Notes: generated by a model from the sequence alone, not told the origin. 45,246 nt of DNA from an uncultured Clostridia bacterium (GCA_947630075.1 CANRGF010000002.1:1-45246); one strand, 5' to 3'; shown: positions 27,997 through 37,229, counted from the first letter of the stretch. Numbers and translations are program-made.

Positions 27997-28027
27997 CTGC
28001 GAGGTTTGCCCTAAAAAATCTTAATAT

Positions 28028-28113
28028 GGCGGTGTGGCGAAATGGCAGACGCAGCAGACTCAAAATCTGCCGATAGCAATATCATGTCGGTTCGACCCCG
28101 ACCACCGCCACCA
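28028..28113 (+). tRNA. island-borne intact tRNA-Leu (anticodon CAA), CCA encoded
   Basis: GGCGGTG acceptor pairs with CACCGCC. Anticodon stem-loop GCAGA-CTCAAAA-TCTGC, long variable arm, GTCGG-TTCGACC-CCGAC T-arm. The acceptor differs from the split chromosomal copy (GCCGGTG/CACCGGC). Confidence 0.9.
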
Positions 28114-28117
28114 CAAA

Positions 28118-28160
28118 AACCCCTTAAAAATAGATGTTTTTAAGGGGTTCTTTATTTTTT
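28118..28160 (+). terminator. terminator after the island tRNA-Leu
   Basis: AACCCCTTAAAAA-tagatg-TTTTTAAGGGGTT followed by a T-rich run. Confidence 0.8.
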
Positions 28161-28170
28161 TATTGAAAAT

Positions 28171-28228
28171 ATTTTTTCTAACGGACTCCGTTAGAAAGCC
28201 CAATTTTTGCCCAAATTTATATCTTTTT
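28171..28228 (+). repeat. 58-bp perfect direct repeat, left copy (partner 41612-41669)
   Basis: ATTTTTTCTAACGGACTCCGTTAGAAAGCCCAATTTTTGCCCAAATTTATATCTTTTT is identical at both sites. Imperfect similarity extends about 30 nt further left (28141 / 41583). Confidence 0.9.
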
Positions 28229-28270
28229 AAGGGCAAATAAATACTCTAAAATTTTACGAAAAATTTCACT

Positions 28271-28303
28271 TTTCTAACGAATTTCTAACGGATTTCTAAC
28301 GAA
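28271..28303 (+). repeat. 3 x 11-bp tandem repeat TTTCTAACGRA (candidate integrase arm-type sites)
   Basis: TTTCTAACGAA TTTCTAACGGA TTTCTAACGAA. The same motif forms the palindromes at 28176-28196 and 41617-41637 and occurs once at 41154-41164. Confidence 0.7.
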
Positions 28304-28369
28304 ATGTATTTTGTATTGTTAAATTTTAACAAATTTTAGTGAGTATTTTTGTATGTTATCGTGTCTTTT

Positions 28370-29646
28370 TTACATTTCAAAATCTTGCGTTTTTCGCAAT
28401 TTTTTCTTCTCTTTTAACTGCTTTTCTAGTTCCGCAATTTCGTTTTCTAAAACTTCTTTATCCGACAAATTTGAATTGTTTTCAAAATCTAAAACGCCAG
28501 AAATAACATTTGCACTTGCAATTTTGCTTGAATAGTCCAAATGAGCATATATGTCCGCTGTGGTGTTGTAGGTGCTATGCCCTAGCCACTCTTGTATTTG
28601 TTTCATTTGCACTCCGTTTGCCAACATTAAACTTGCACAACTATGTCTTAAATCGTGAAAGCGGATTAATTTTAAATTGTTTTGCTTTTGTATAACCCTA
28701 AAATGTTGGGATAAATAATCTGGATAGTATAAAGTTCCAATATCATTAACGCAAACATAATCTAAATAGCGGTTGTCATAGGCATCTCCGCATAACTCTT
28801 TGTTTTTGCGTTGCCTTTCCTTTTCATTTAAAAGCATTTCTTCAATGTGTGGGATAAGTGGCAGCGTGCGGTTGCTTGTTTTGTTTTTCATTTTGTTTTT
28901 GCAAATCAACTTGCCTTTAATGCTTACCACTTTATGATTAATCTTAATTAATTTATTATTAAAATCTATTGAACTCCATTTTAAGCCCAACACTTCACTT
29001 CGGCGTAAACCATAATAGGCGGTTATGTGGATTATAAGTTCTAATGGGTCGCCCTTTATAACTTCAAACAATTGTTTTAGTTCATCTTTGTTGTAAAAAT
29101 CTGAGTGAAACTTTTCTTTTTTAGGGCGGTCAACAAAATCCGCAACATTTTTGAAATTAAGCCAAGTTTTATTGCGTTTTGCAATGCTTCTCGTAAAACA
29201 ACATGATAATGCATTACAGTGTTGCCTGTTTTCCCCTCTTTATATAAGGTATTGTAGTAAGTTTGAATGTCATAAGGTTTTAGTTCGTTTAGGGTTATTT
29301 GGTTTTTTGCAAAATATTTGGTCATCTTTTTAATTACAAAGCCATAACTTTCAAAGGTCAGTTCTTCCACTTCGTTTTTGCGAGATTGATACCATTGGTT
29401 AAGATATTCGTTTAATGAAATGTCGTTGGTGGGTTTGGCGTGAGTTTCAATTACATTTTCGTTGTCCTTATATTTTTGCAAAATTTCACTTAACTTTTGT
29501 TCCGCCTTTCGCTTATTGCCCTTTTCTTCATAACCTGTTGCAATCCACTTTCGTTTGTCTTGCCCAAACTCATCTTTGTAAGACAACACTGCATAATATT
29601 TCCCATTTTTAACTTGTAAACTTGCTTTCATTGTCCGCCTCGTCAA
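28370..29646 (-). pseudogene. int: tyrosine integrase split by a 1-nt frameshift in a homopolymer
   Basis: The N-terminal ORF (29077-29646) has an arm-binding plus SAM-like domain (MKASLQVKNGKYYAVLSYKDEFGQDKRKW...). The C-terminal ORF (28370-29071) has the catalytic R...HxxR...H...Y residues (GLRRSE, HDLRHSCAS, LGHS, DIYAHL). Adding one base to the T5 run at 29148-29152 gives a continuous ...SKNVADFVDRPKKEKFHSDFYNKDELKQLFEVIKGDPLE... Confidence 0.85.
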
Positions 29647-29821
29647 ATAGGAAATTTATTACATAATGTTTGGGTATAAGAATTCTATTGTTTATCTTCA
29701 AATGTTTAATTTTATTTTCAGTTATAAGTTTGTAGGCCAAATTTCTGCCAATGCCAAGCATTGCTTGTAGGTCTTTAATGCTAACAACATCTTTGTAGTT
29801 TGTAAAAATATTTGTGTTCAT
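29609..29821 (-). CDS. xis: excisionase-type HTH protein
   Basis: AGGAG RBS and ATG at 29821. VSIKDLQAMLGIGRNLAYKLITENKIKHLKINNRILIPK is a MerR/Xis-type HTH. The gene overlaps the int start. Confidence 0.7.
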   Translation of the reverse strand: MNTNIFTNYKDVVSIKDLQAMLGIGRNLAYKLITENKIKHLKINNRILIPKHYVINFLFDEADNESKFTS

Positions 29822-30245
29822 ATATCTCCTCAAAAATTACATTTTAAGTTCTATATCATTTCTATTAAATTTCTATTTTAGTTCTATTTTTACATATAAA
29901 TTTTTGAGTTTTATAGGGGTCCCCAAAATTACATGATTTTGGGGAAGAGGAAAAGCCGACCAAAAGCGAAAAAACTTGCTTTGCAATGTTTTTGAACATC
30001 ACGGTCGTGCTTTGACGAGAAAGTGGGTTTCCCACTTGTCGCAACAAAATGGGGAATGATACAAAGCGATACACTCGCTAGGGTGTGGGCGAGTCAGTAA
30101 AAATGTCCTATTTTATAGGGCTTTTTGCTACTCACCATCTCGCTTTTGTGTCAATTCCTTATCCTGCTTACTTTAAAATTTTCACTTTTTAAAGCAATTG
30201 TTGTAAAATTTACTTTCAATAAGCATAAAAATTCATTGGTTATGC

Positions 30246-30716
30246 TTACTCCACTTTGTAATCATACAAATCATAAAGTTGCTGTTGCTTTTCAATAAAT
30301 TCATCATCAAGTTTGCACAATCGTTCATAAATTTTTTTGTTTTGGTCGCGTTCAATGTAATCCATTTTTACATAATGATAATTGAACAGGACTGTTAGCA
30401 TTTGCAAAACAATTTCAACATTCGCATAAGTTGATTTAATGAAAGGTTTGCTAAACTTTATAAAGTAATTCATCCGCTTGGTATGTTCGTGTATGGCTTC
30501 AAACAAAGTTTGCTTTTCGTGTTGGATTACCCAATTGTCTTCTTCCTTTTTGGCAAACACTTCAACTCCAATTTTTAACATTGCTTGCAAAAATTGATTT
30601 TTTGATGAATAGGCAGTTTCCTTTGTTTGCTCATAAACAACATTTAATTTGTCTAGCAATTTTGAATTGTTTATCCGCACAATGTTTTCCTTTTTGATTT
30701 CACCGATGTTTATCAC
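30246..30716 (-). CDS. hypothetical helical 156-aa protein
   Basis: The ORF has an AAGGAGG just upstream. The annotated GTG is too close to the RBS, so the exact start is uncertain. Confidence 0.45.
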   Translation of the reverse strand: MINIGEIKKENIVRINNSKLLDKLNVVYEQTKETAYSSKNQFLQAMLKIGVEVFAKKEEDNWVIQHEKQTLFEAIHEHTKRMNYFIKFSKPFIKSTYANVEIVLQMLTVLFNYHYVKMDYIERDQNKKIYERLCKLDDEFIEKQQQLYDLYDYKVE

Positions 30717-30780
30717 CTCCTTTTATTTTTAAATTTTCGACCATATTTCTAACCTCCTTTCACCACCATTTTAAATGTCC

Positions 30781-30805
30781 AATTGTAACAATGCCTGTTA
30801 CAATT
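30781..30805. promoter_or_regulatory. palindromic operator-like site AATTGTAACA-N5-TGTTACAATT
   Basis: Perfect 10-bp arms, 65-90 nt upstream of the 156-aa gene. Confidence 0.5.
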
Positions 30806-30931
30806 AAAAAATTTTTAAAAAATATTTTCAACCTTATAAACTTTTAAATTAAAAATATTTTCCGCCATTTTAAACTTGTCAATGTTTCAATGCCTGACAT
30901 ATTGAAAAAAGTTTTTTAGATTTTTTTGACG

Positions 30932-30960
30932 AAAAAAACGAAGAAAAATTCTTCGTTTTT
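30932..30960 (-). terminator. terminator after the giant surface-protein gene
   Basis: ACGAAGAA-aaa-TTCTTCGT flanked by A7 and T5 runs (bidirectional shape). Confidence 0.7.
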
Positions 30961-30974
30961 AATGTTTGTCATTT

Positions 30975-33900
30975 TTATTTGTTATTATTTGTAAATTTCT
31001 TTTTCTTAATTACTAATGTTATAGTTATCGAAATAGTCGCAATTGCTAAAACGGCAAACACCACTATTAGTATGTTCCTGCCAATGTTTGATTTGCTAAT
31101 TTTAACTCCACATATAAATTCCCCTGTTTTATTAGTTGTGAATTTCAAAGAATCCCCAACAGATTCATGTGCAACCTCTTGATATTCACCATCTAAGTTT
31201 TGCCATAAACCATAAGAGTCCTTTGTTTGACAATTTATAATTACTGAGTAGTCCCCATTTAAATTATTAATAGATTCATTGTCTAATATAATGCTAATTG
31301 TGAAGGAAAATTCTTGTTTAAATTTTTTGTTCTCAGTGTTATCATAATTTAAATTAACAATTATTTCTGCACATTTTTTGTGGCTATCTTTGAAGAATTT
31401 CATAGCATTATTATCAAAAATTAATGTTGAATTAGAAAACTTAATTTCAAGTGAAGAATTGTCTTGTAAATCGGAAATGTCAACAACTGCATTATTAATT
31501 GTTGGCAAATTAGAAACATCAATAAGTTGCAAATTTTCATTTACTATCTTAATTGTATTATACAACAAATATGTAGAATAGAATGTTTGGTCGCCAGTAA
31601 CTTTTTGTCCTACTTCATAATTTTCCCATTTATCAAAAACATATTTATAAAACTCTGTTTTCGACTTTGTAGGAATGCCATATTTATTTATATTATAAGT
31701 TATTACGCTATCATAAGGCAATTTGTCAACATAAATTACATTATCGTTACCATCTATCCATGTTATATTGTACAACCGAATTATCGAATTAAAGGTGGCA
31801 GTATAAACTTCATCTTTTGTAACAGGTTCAATTTGTTTATCCCAATACGCAAAAGTATAAGTGTAGTAATTATCTTGCAATTTGGTTGGAATTCCATATA
31901 ACTCTTCATTGTAAGTCGGAGTTTCTTGATATGTATAGAATTCATTGTAAATTTCGTTTCCATTGCCATCTACCCAACTAATTTTATAATAAATAATTTC
32001 TGTATCGTACAATGCATTAACTTTTAAGACGTAATTGCTAAATTGATTAAAAATATCATTAACATTCTCGCCCACTAAAATTTTATCCCATTGTGAAAAT
32101 GTATATAAATTTCTAAAATCACTATATGTATGACTAAATTTAAATCCTTCAATTGAATCATAATAATGATAGGTCTTTGTTGTAATCAAATCACCAGCAT
32201 CCCCTATCTGTTGCGAGCCATCGAAATCGTAACCATAATAATATTCTATTGAATATTCATAATAATGTTTGCTAAAAATTGGATAATAGTGTGCTTCACA
32301 TTCTACGTTATTCAAATTAGGCGTCCACCCAGTACAAACATAAGTAAAGTAATTAGAATCTTCTGATTCTTTCGTCGGCAAAGAATAGTCATCAGAATTA
32401 AAGGTTGGCATTGTGCCATATTCCAAATTTTCACTGTAAATTAAGTTGCCCGTAGCATCATACCATGAAATTAAATATTTTCTTATTGTTGCATTATATG
32501 TGGCAACAATTGCCATATCGCCAGTGCACACGAGGTTTGAAACATCTTCGCCATTATGTTGCCATGTGTGAAAGTTAAAATCGTGTTGAATATCACTTGG
32601 CCTTGTAGGGTTTGGAGTTGGGAGCTCTATTTGTTGATTATAATGCTGACCGGTTATCTGTTTAAAAATGTCTCCCTCATCTCCAATTATTCCTGAACTA
32701 TCATAATCATAGCCATAATAAAATTTTATTATGTATTCAACATAGGTCGTAGAATAATCATTAGCAACAAATATGCGATCAGCCCATATGTTTTTAAAAT
32801 CTTCAGGATTTAGAACATCGTTATAACCATATCTTTTCCAGTTTGTAAATGTGTAGTTGTAAGTTTCGTCTGAAAAAGTCGTTGGAACAACAACATCGCT
32901 TCCGCCCTTATAATAACTTTTATCTATTATCCTACCATCGTCAAATTGAAAGGTTATCAAATTTAATGGTAATGTGCAATAAATTTTGAAATTTGGATTC
33001 TTGACATCATCGTAAACATATGTATATTTGTCAGTAATGAATTGGCCAAATGGTCCATCATAGTCTTTATCTATATAGATATATCTAATATATGATGCCC
33101 CGAAAGAATTTCCATTAATTAAATTCTCATTGTTGCCCAAAATGCAATCTTCCAATTTTTCACAACCAATAAAAGCATTTTCCTCAACTTTTTTAACATT
33201 GGATAAATCAACAATTTCAAAAGCACAATTATAAAATGCAAATGCGCAAATTGTATCACAATAACTAAAATCGAACAGCTTTAAATTTTTACAGTTTCCA
33301 AAAGCATCTTTAGGAATAACTTTAAGTTTTTTAGGATTTAAAACTTCAATTAACGATGAGCAACCATAAAAATTGTTAAATGTATTGTTATCTCCTTCGA
33401 ATGTTGAACAGTTAGAAATATCTATGCTTTGCAAACTTTCGCAACCCCAAAAAGCATATTGCCCAATAGAAGCCACATTTTCTAAATTAATTGATTTTAA
33501 ATTTTTACAATCTATAAAGGTTCTGCTTTTTATAATTTTTATTTCACCGCTTAACAAAACATTGGTTAAATTTTGGCAAGAATCAAAAGCCTGCTCTTCA
33601 AGCTCAATACAACTAGATAAATCAGCATTAACTATTTTTTTACAGTTCGACAATGAGGATTTGCCAACAACTTTACAATTAGATAGATCTAAATTAAATA
33701 AATTATAACAATCTTGAAAAGCGTCTTTTGCAATAGAAACTATGTTGCCTATTTCTAACTTTTTTAAATTAAAGCATCTGCCAAAAGCATTCTCACCAAC
33801 TGTTATACCGTTTTTATTTTCATCAATAAACTCCACATTAATACTTTCTAGTGTTGGTGTGTTGTAAAAACAAAAATCACCAAGACCAGCAAATCTATAA

Positions 33901-34376
33901 GATATTCCTTTTTCAACATAATACTGAGGAATTATAATATTAGCTTCATTGCCACTGTAAGATTTTAAAATAAATGTGCGATTACCATAATCTTTTGAAA
34001 CATAAAAGTTTGATAAATTAGGCACTTCAAAAATCGCATGTATTGTTATATTCTTATTTGGCATTGTAAAACTTGAAAAATTTTCTGCTATTGGCAAATT
34101 TGTTTTTTGTGCTTGTTCGTCTAAATAATAAAGTTCTTTCAAGTAAGTAGAATTCTGGGCTGTATGGTACACAAAGATTTGATCGCCATAGCATGCCTCG
34201 GTTATTTCGCTCTGCAAAGCATTTCTAATTGCAATTGATCCATCACCATTAATAATATTTTTTATGTAATATTTTATTGGCGTATAATTTATGGTGATTA
34301 TTACATTTCTATTTGGCATACTAAATGTGTAAAAACCGTTTATAAAATCATTTGTAATGTTTCTTTCATCCAGCAA
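30975..34376 (-). CDS. C-terminal part of the giant surface protein: BspA-type LRR (LRR_5), about 7 Listeria-Bacteroides B-repeats, C-terminal TM anchor
   Basis: LRR units (e.g. FGRCFNLKKLEIGNIVSIAKDAFQDCYNLFNLDLSNC). Repeats with Y.F..W signatures (YTFTNWKRYG, FNFHTWQHNG, YVCTGWTPN, YTFAYWDKQ, YVFDKWENY). Tail NILIVVFAVLAIATISITITLVIKKKK. There is no signal peptide and only a TTG start, so it is probably not an independent gene. Confidence 0.7.
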   Translation of the reverse strand: MLDERNITNDFINGFYTFSMPNRNVIITINYTPIKYYIKNIINGDGSIAIRNALQSEITEACYGDQIFVYHTAQNSTYLKELYYLDEQAQKTNLPIAENFSSFTMPNKNITIHAIFEVPNLSNFYVSKDYGNRTFILKSYSGNEANIIIPQYYVEKGISYRFAGLGDFCFYNTPTLESINVEFIDENKNGITVGENAFGRCFNLKKLEIGNIVSIAKDAFQDCYNLFNLDLSNCKVVGKSSLSNCKKIVNADLSSCIELEEQAFDSCQNLTNVLLSGEIKIIKSRTFIDCKNLKSINLENVASIGQYAFWGCESLQSIDISNCSTFEGDNNTFNNFYGCSSLIEVLNPKKLKVIPKDAFGNCKNLKLFDFSYCDTICAFAFYNCAFEIVDLSNVKKVEENAFIGCEKLEDCILGNNENLINGNSFGASYIRYIYIDKDYDGPFGQFITDKYTYVYDDVKNPNFKIYCTLPLNLITFQFDDGRIIDKSYYKGGSDVVVPTTFSDETYNYTFTNWKRYGYNDVLNPEDFKNIWADRIFVANDYSTTYVEYIIKFYYGYDYDSSGIIGDEGDIFKQITGQHYNQQIELPTPNPTRPSDIQHDFNFHTWQHNGEDVSNLVCTGDMAIVATYNATIRKYLISWYDATGNLIYSENLEYGTMPTFNSDDYSLPTKESEDSNYFTYVCTGWTPNLNNVECEAHYYPIFSKHYYEYSIEYYYGYDFDGSQQIGDAGDLITTKTYHYYDSIEGFKFSHTYSDFRNLYTFSQWDKILVGENVNDIFNQFSNYVLKVNALYDTEIIYYKISWVDGNGNEIYNEFYTYQETPTYNEELYGIPTKLQDNYYTYTFAYWDKQIEPVTKDEVYTATFNSIIRLYNITWIDGNDNVIYVDKLPYDSVITYNINKYGIPTKSKTEFYKYVFDKWENYEVGQKVTGDQTFYSTYLLYNTIKIVNENLQLIDVSNLPTINNAVVDISDLQDNSSLEIKFSNSTLIFDNNAMKFFKDSHKKCAEIIVNLNYDNTENKKFKQEFSFTISIILDNESINNLNGDYSVIINCQTKDSYGLWQNLDGEYQEVAHESVGDSLKFTTNKTGEFICGVKISKSNIGRNILIVVFAVLAIATISITITLVIKKKKFTNNNK

Positions 34377-37210
34377 AATCTAATTTGTAAGCCATGGTTT
34401 TGTATATTGCTATCTATTAAGATTGTGTAAGCTTGTTTGGTTGATGATCGCAAAATGTTTGTTGTAAAAATGTTGCCATATTCATCCACCGCTTGAATAA
34501 TATAATAGAACCTTCCTTCTAAAAAATTTGTAAAATAATAATTTTTATTTAAATTCAAACCTAAAAAATTTGTTTCATCCACCAAAATATCTTCGTCATC
34601 CAAAATATCATTATTTGAAGCAAATACCTTTATTACCACATTGTAACCACTAACCTCAACACAAATATTTTCATCGGTTTTTTCTTGTAAATAGGTTGAT
34701 ATATCCACAAAAACGAAATTGTTATATCCTTTATATTGGCTAATAAAATCCACATCGTAACAATAAATTGTGCAACGATGCGACGACGATATTGATAAAG
34801 AATCTTTATATAATTCTAATTCATTATCACCCAAAAACAAATAATCTAAATTGCTTGAGTTTGCAAATGCATTATCGTAAATTGATTTTATTTTTGGCAA
34901 TTCAACAAATTTGAGATTTTTGCACCCAAATAAGGTGTGTTCATAAAGTTGTTGTAAACCTAAGCCGATGAAACTTGTTATGCCACTTCCATCAAATGCA
35001 AATTCGCCTATTGATTTTATATTCTCGTTTAAAACAATGTCTTTTTTGAAAGCAACACAATCTTCAAAAGCATATTCATCAATAAAATTCAAATTGTCCC
35101 AGCTAATACTTATTTCTTTTAATTTTTTAAAGCCAGAAAAGGTTGCATATTTAATTGAACAAACATTTGGTGCGTAAATTTTTTCTAAATTAAAGCATCC
35201 CTCAAATGTGTAGCTCCCATAAAACCCATACATTGTTGAAGATGCAAGAAACGCCTCACGCAATTCACTAACTTGTGGCAAATAAAGTTCATTCAAACCA
35301 AAGCAATATTGAGCAACATATTCCGCCACCGTGGAGTTTAATTTAATGCTTTTAAGGCTGCCACAACAAACAAAAGGATAATATCCTATTGTTAAATCAT
35401 TTTCAGCAACAACAGATTCAATATTTAAACCATAAAATAAATTTTCGGCAAGTCCCTTAACCTTTACCCCATTAACATATTCTGGAATAACAATATTTTT
35501 TAAGCCGCTCGTATATTTTGTAAGCATGCCAAAACTATTAATTTCAAAACCCACACCAGTATCATTGCAATTAGAGGTGTTTTTTAAATATTCCACTTCA
35601 TAAATGGCGCTATGACCACGAATAATACCATCACTATCAAAAATATAAATAACAAATCTTAAAAATGCAGAATCATTAATTTCTATTGGCTGTATATATT
35701 CTTTGTAAGAAATCAGTGTTGGGAAAGAGCCATCAAGCGAATAATATATTTTAGCTGTATATTTTCCTTTATAATTGCTGTTTATTGTTACATCTAATTT
35801 CTCGTTAAATTTATATGTGTCATTTACTTCGCCATAATTTAGGGTTGGATTAAATTCATTTTCTTCATTTCCTAATGCCAAAGCCATTGAGGGTATGCCA
35901 TCCCCATACTCATCATCTCTTCCTACATCACCAAAATCGTAGGTGTTAGATTTTATTGCTTGCTCAACAGTTTGCACATCGTAATCTTCCCCATAATATG
36001 TTGCATACAGTGCCACCAGCCCTGTTGCGTGTGGGGTTGCCATGGAAGTTCCGCTTATAACTGCATACTTTCCACCTGTGGCAGAAGTGTATATCTTTTC
36101 GTAAGTGCTATCGTCTGGCACACAACTTAATATATTAGTCCCTGGTAAACACAAATCAACATAACCACCGTAATTTGAATAATAGGCAATATATGGGAAA
36201 TTTTCATAATATTCATTTTGAGAAAGTGCAGATATTGTAAGTGCATTTTCACAATTTGCTGGGCTACAATCTTCTACATAATAATTATCGTTGCCCGCCG
36301 CCACTACTGGCATAATGTTGTTTTCATATGCGGAGTTCACTGCATTTTGCTCATCTTCGTTAACCCCATATCCGCCCAAACTCATATTATATGCAACCAC
36401 ATTGGTTCCTTTTTGTTTAAGACTAACAACATATTCCATACCGGAAACAACATTTATTGTTGATCCTGAGCCTTCTGCATTTAACACTTTAACGGGAATA
36501 ATTTTTACATTGTCAAGAGTTAAATCTACAATTGTGCCAGCCACATGTGTACCATGCGAATTATCATCTTCAAACGGATACGAACTTTCGCCATTTGAGT
36601 AGTGTTCACTCTCATAATAACTAACTCCAAATTCATACGCTATTCTTCCAGCCAAAAATTCATTATCTGTATCAATTCCCGTATCTATAACTGCCACATA
36701 AATTTCAGGCAGATTTTCAACCGAATTATTGTATTTTTTTATGATTTCCTGTTGATAAGCATCTACTCCAAGTAAATCAGCACCCCAGGTTAAATGATTC
36801 AAGTTTTCTAGATCTGAATAATCCGAATTGACTGCCTCTATATCATCAATTGTAATTTCCGAATCGATAAAGGCATATTCGACATACTTGCAAGATGAAA
36901 AATATTCTAAAGCGGTTTGGGCCTCTACTTTTGTATTATATTGAAAAACATTTAACCCTGCAAAGCCTGAAGCTTGTTCTATACAATTCTTGTCTTCCAG
37001 TTTTCTATAAGACTTTACAATTATCCTACATTCATAATTGTATGTGTAATGTTCATTTATGTATGCTAGTTCTTTTCTATAACCCCAAAAGTCATTTACT
37101 TCGGCCATTGCATAACTTTCTTCGCCTTGTTGCGAAATAATTATACAAGGTAAAAACAATGATATTATTATGCCAATGACAACAATTAATCGTTTAAACT
37201 TTATCTTCAT
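34340..37210 (-). CDS. N-terminal part of the giant surface protein: signal peptide, I9-like pro-domain, S8 subtilase, BspA-type LRRs
   Basis: Start trimmed to the ATG at 37210 (MKIKFKRLIVVIGIIISLF) with a GGAAGG RBS. Catalytic triad contexts VAVIDTGID, HGTHVAGT and SGTSMATPH, with oxyanion NMSLGG. Confidence 0.8.
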   Translation of the reverse strand: MKIKFKRLIVVIGIIISLFLPCIIISQQGEESYAMAEVNDFWGYRKELAYINEHYTYNYECRIIVKSYRKLEDKNCIEQASGFAGLNVFQYNTKVEAQTALEYFSSCKYVEYAFIDSEITIDDIEAVNSDYSDLENLNHLTWGADLLGVDAYQQEIIKKYNNSVENLPEIYVAVIDTGIDTDNEFLAGRIAYEFGVSYYESEHYSNGESSYPFEDDNSHGTHVAGTIVDLTLDNVKIIPVKVLNAEGSGSTINVVSGMEYVVSLKQKGTNVVAYNMSLGGYGVNEDEQNAVNSAYENNIMPVVAAGNDNYYVEDCSPANCENALTISALSQNEYYENFPYIAYYSNYGGYVDLCLPGTNILSCVPDDSTYEKIYTSATGGKYAVISGTSMATPHATGLVALYATYYGEDYDVQTVEQAIKSNTYDFGDVGRDDEYGDGIPSMALALGNEENEFNPTLNYGEVNDTYKFNEKLDVTINSNYKGKYTAKIYYSLDGSFPTLISYKEYIQPIEINDSAFLRFVIYIFDSDGIIRGHSAIYEVEYLKNTSNCNDTGVGFEINSFGMLTKYTSGLKNIVIPEYVNGVKVKGLAENLFYGLNIESVVAENDLTIGYYPFVCCGSLKSIKLNSTVAEYVAQYCFGLNELYLPQVSELREAFLASSTMYGFYGSYTFEGCFNLEKIYAPNVCSIKYATFSGFKKLKEISISWDNLNFIDEYAFEDCVAFKKDIVLNENIKSIGEFAFDGSGITSFIGLGLQQLYEHTLFGCKNLKFVELPKIKSIYDNAFANSSNLDYLFLGDNELELYKDSLSISSSHRCTIYCYDVDFISQYKGYNNFVFVDISTYLQEKTDENICVEVSGYNVVIKVFASNNDILDDEDILVDETNFLGLNLNKNYYFTNFLEGRFYYIIQAVDEYGNIFTTNILRSSTKQAYTILIDSNIQNHGLQIRFCWMKETLQMIL

Positions 37211-37229
37211 AATTGTCCTTCCTATGGAC

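Noticed and set aside
27804-28052. Three evenly spaced copies of GCCGGTRTGGCGAAATGGCAGACGC could be read as a mini CRISPR array or a tandem repeat.
   Set aside because: The units are tRNA acceptor/D-arm sequence, the spacings are unequal (153 and 71 nt), and the third copy continues into a complete tRNA. Integration scars explain them better.
27731-28240. Three ORF-track ORFs (27731-27985 minus, 27780-28076 plus, 28034-28240 plus) with repeated WRNGRR/AKWQT peptides.
   Set aside because: They are translations of the three tRNA-Leu 5' segments and the intact tRNA. The repeated peptide is just the repeated tRNA D-arm sequence.
29865-30074. 69-aa ORF in the xis-upstream non-coding stretch.
   Set aside because: It has a GTG start without an RBS and spans the perfect hairpins. 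It is treated as regulatory or non-coding sequence.
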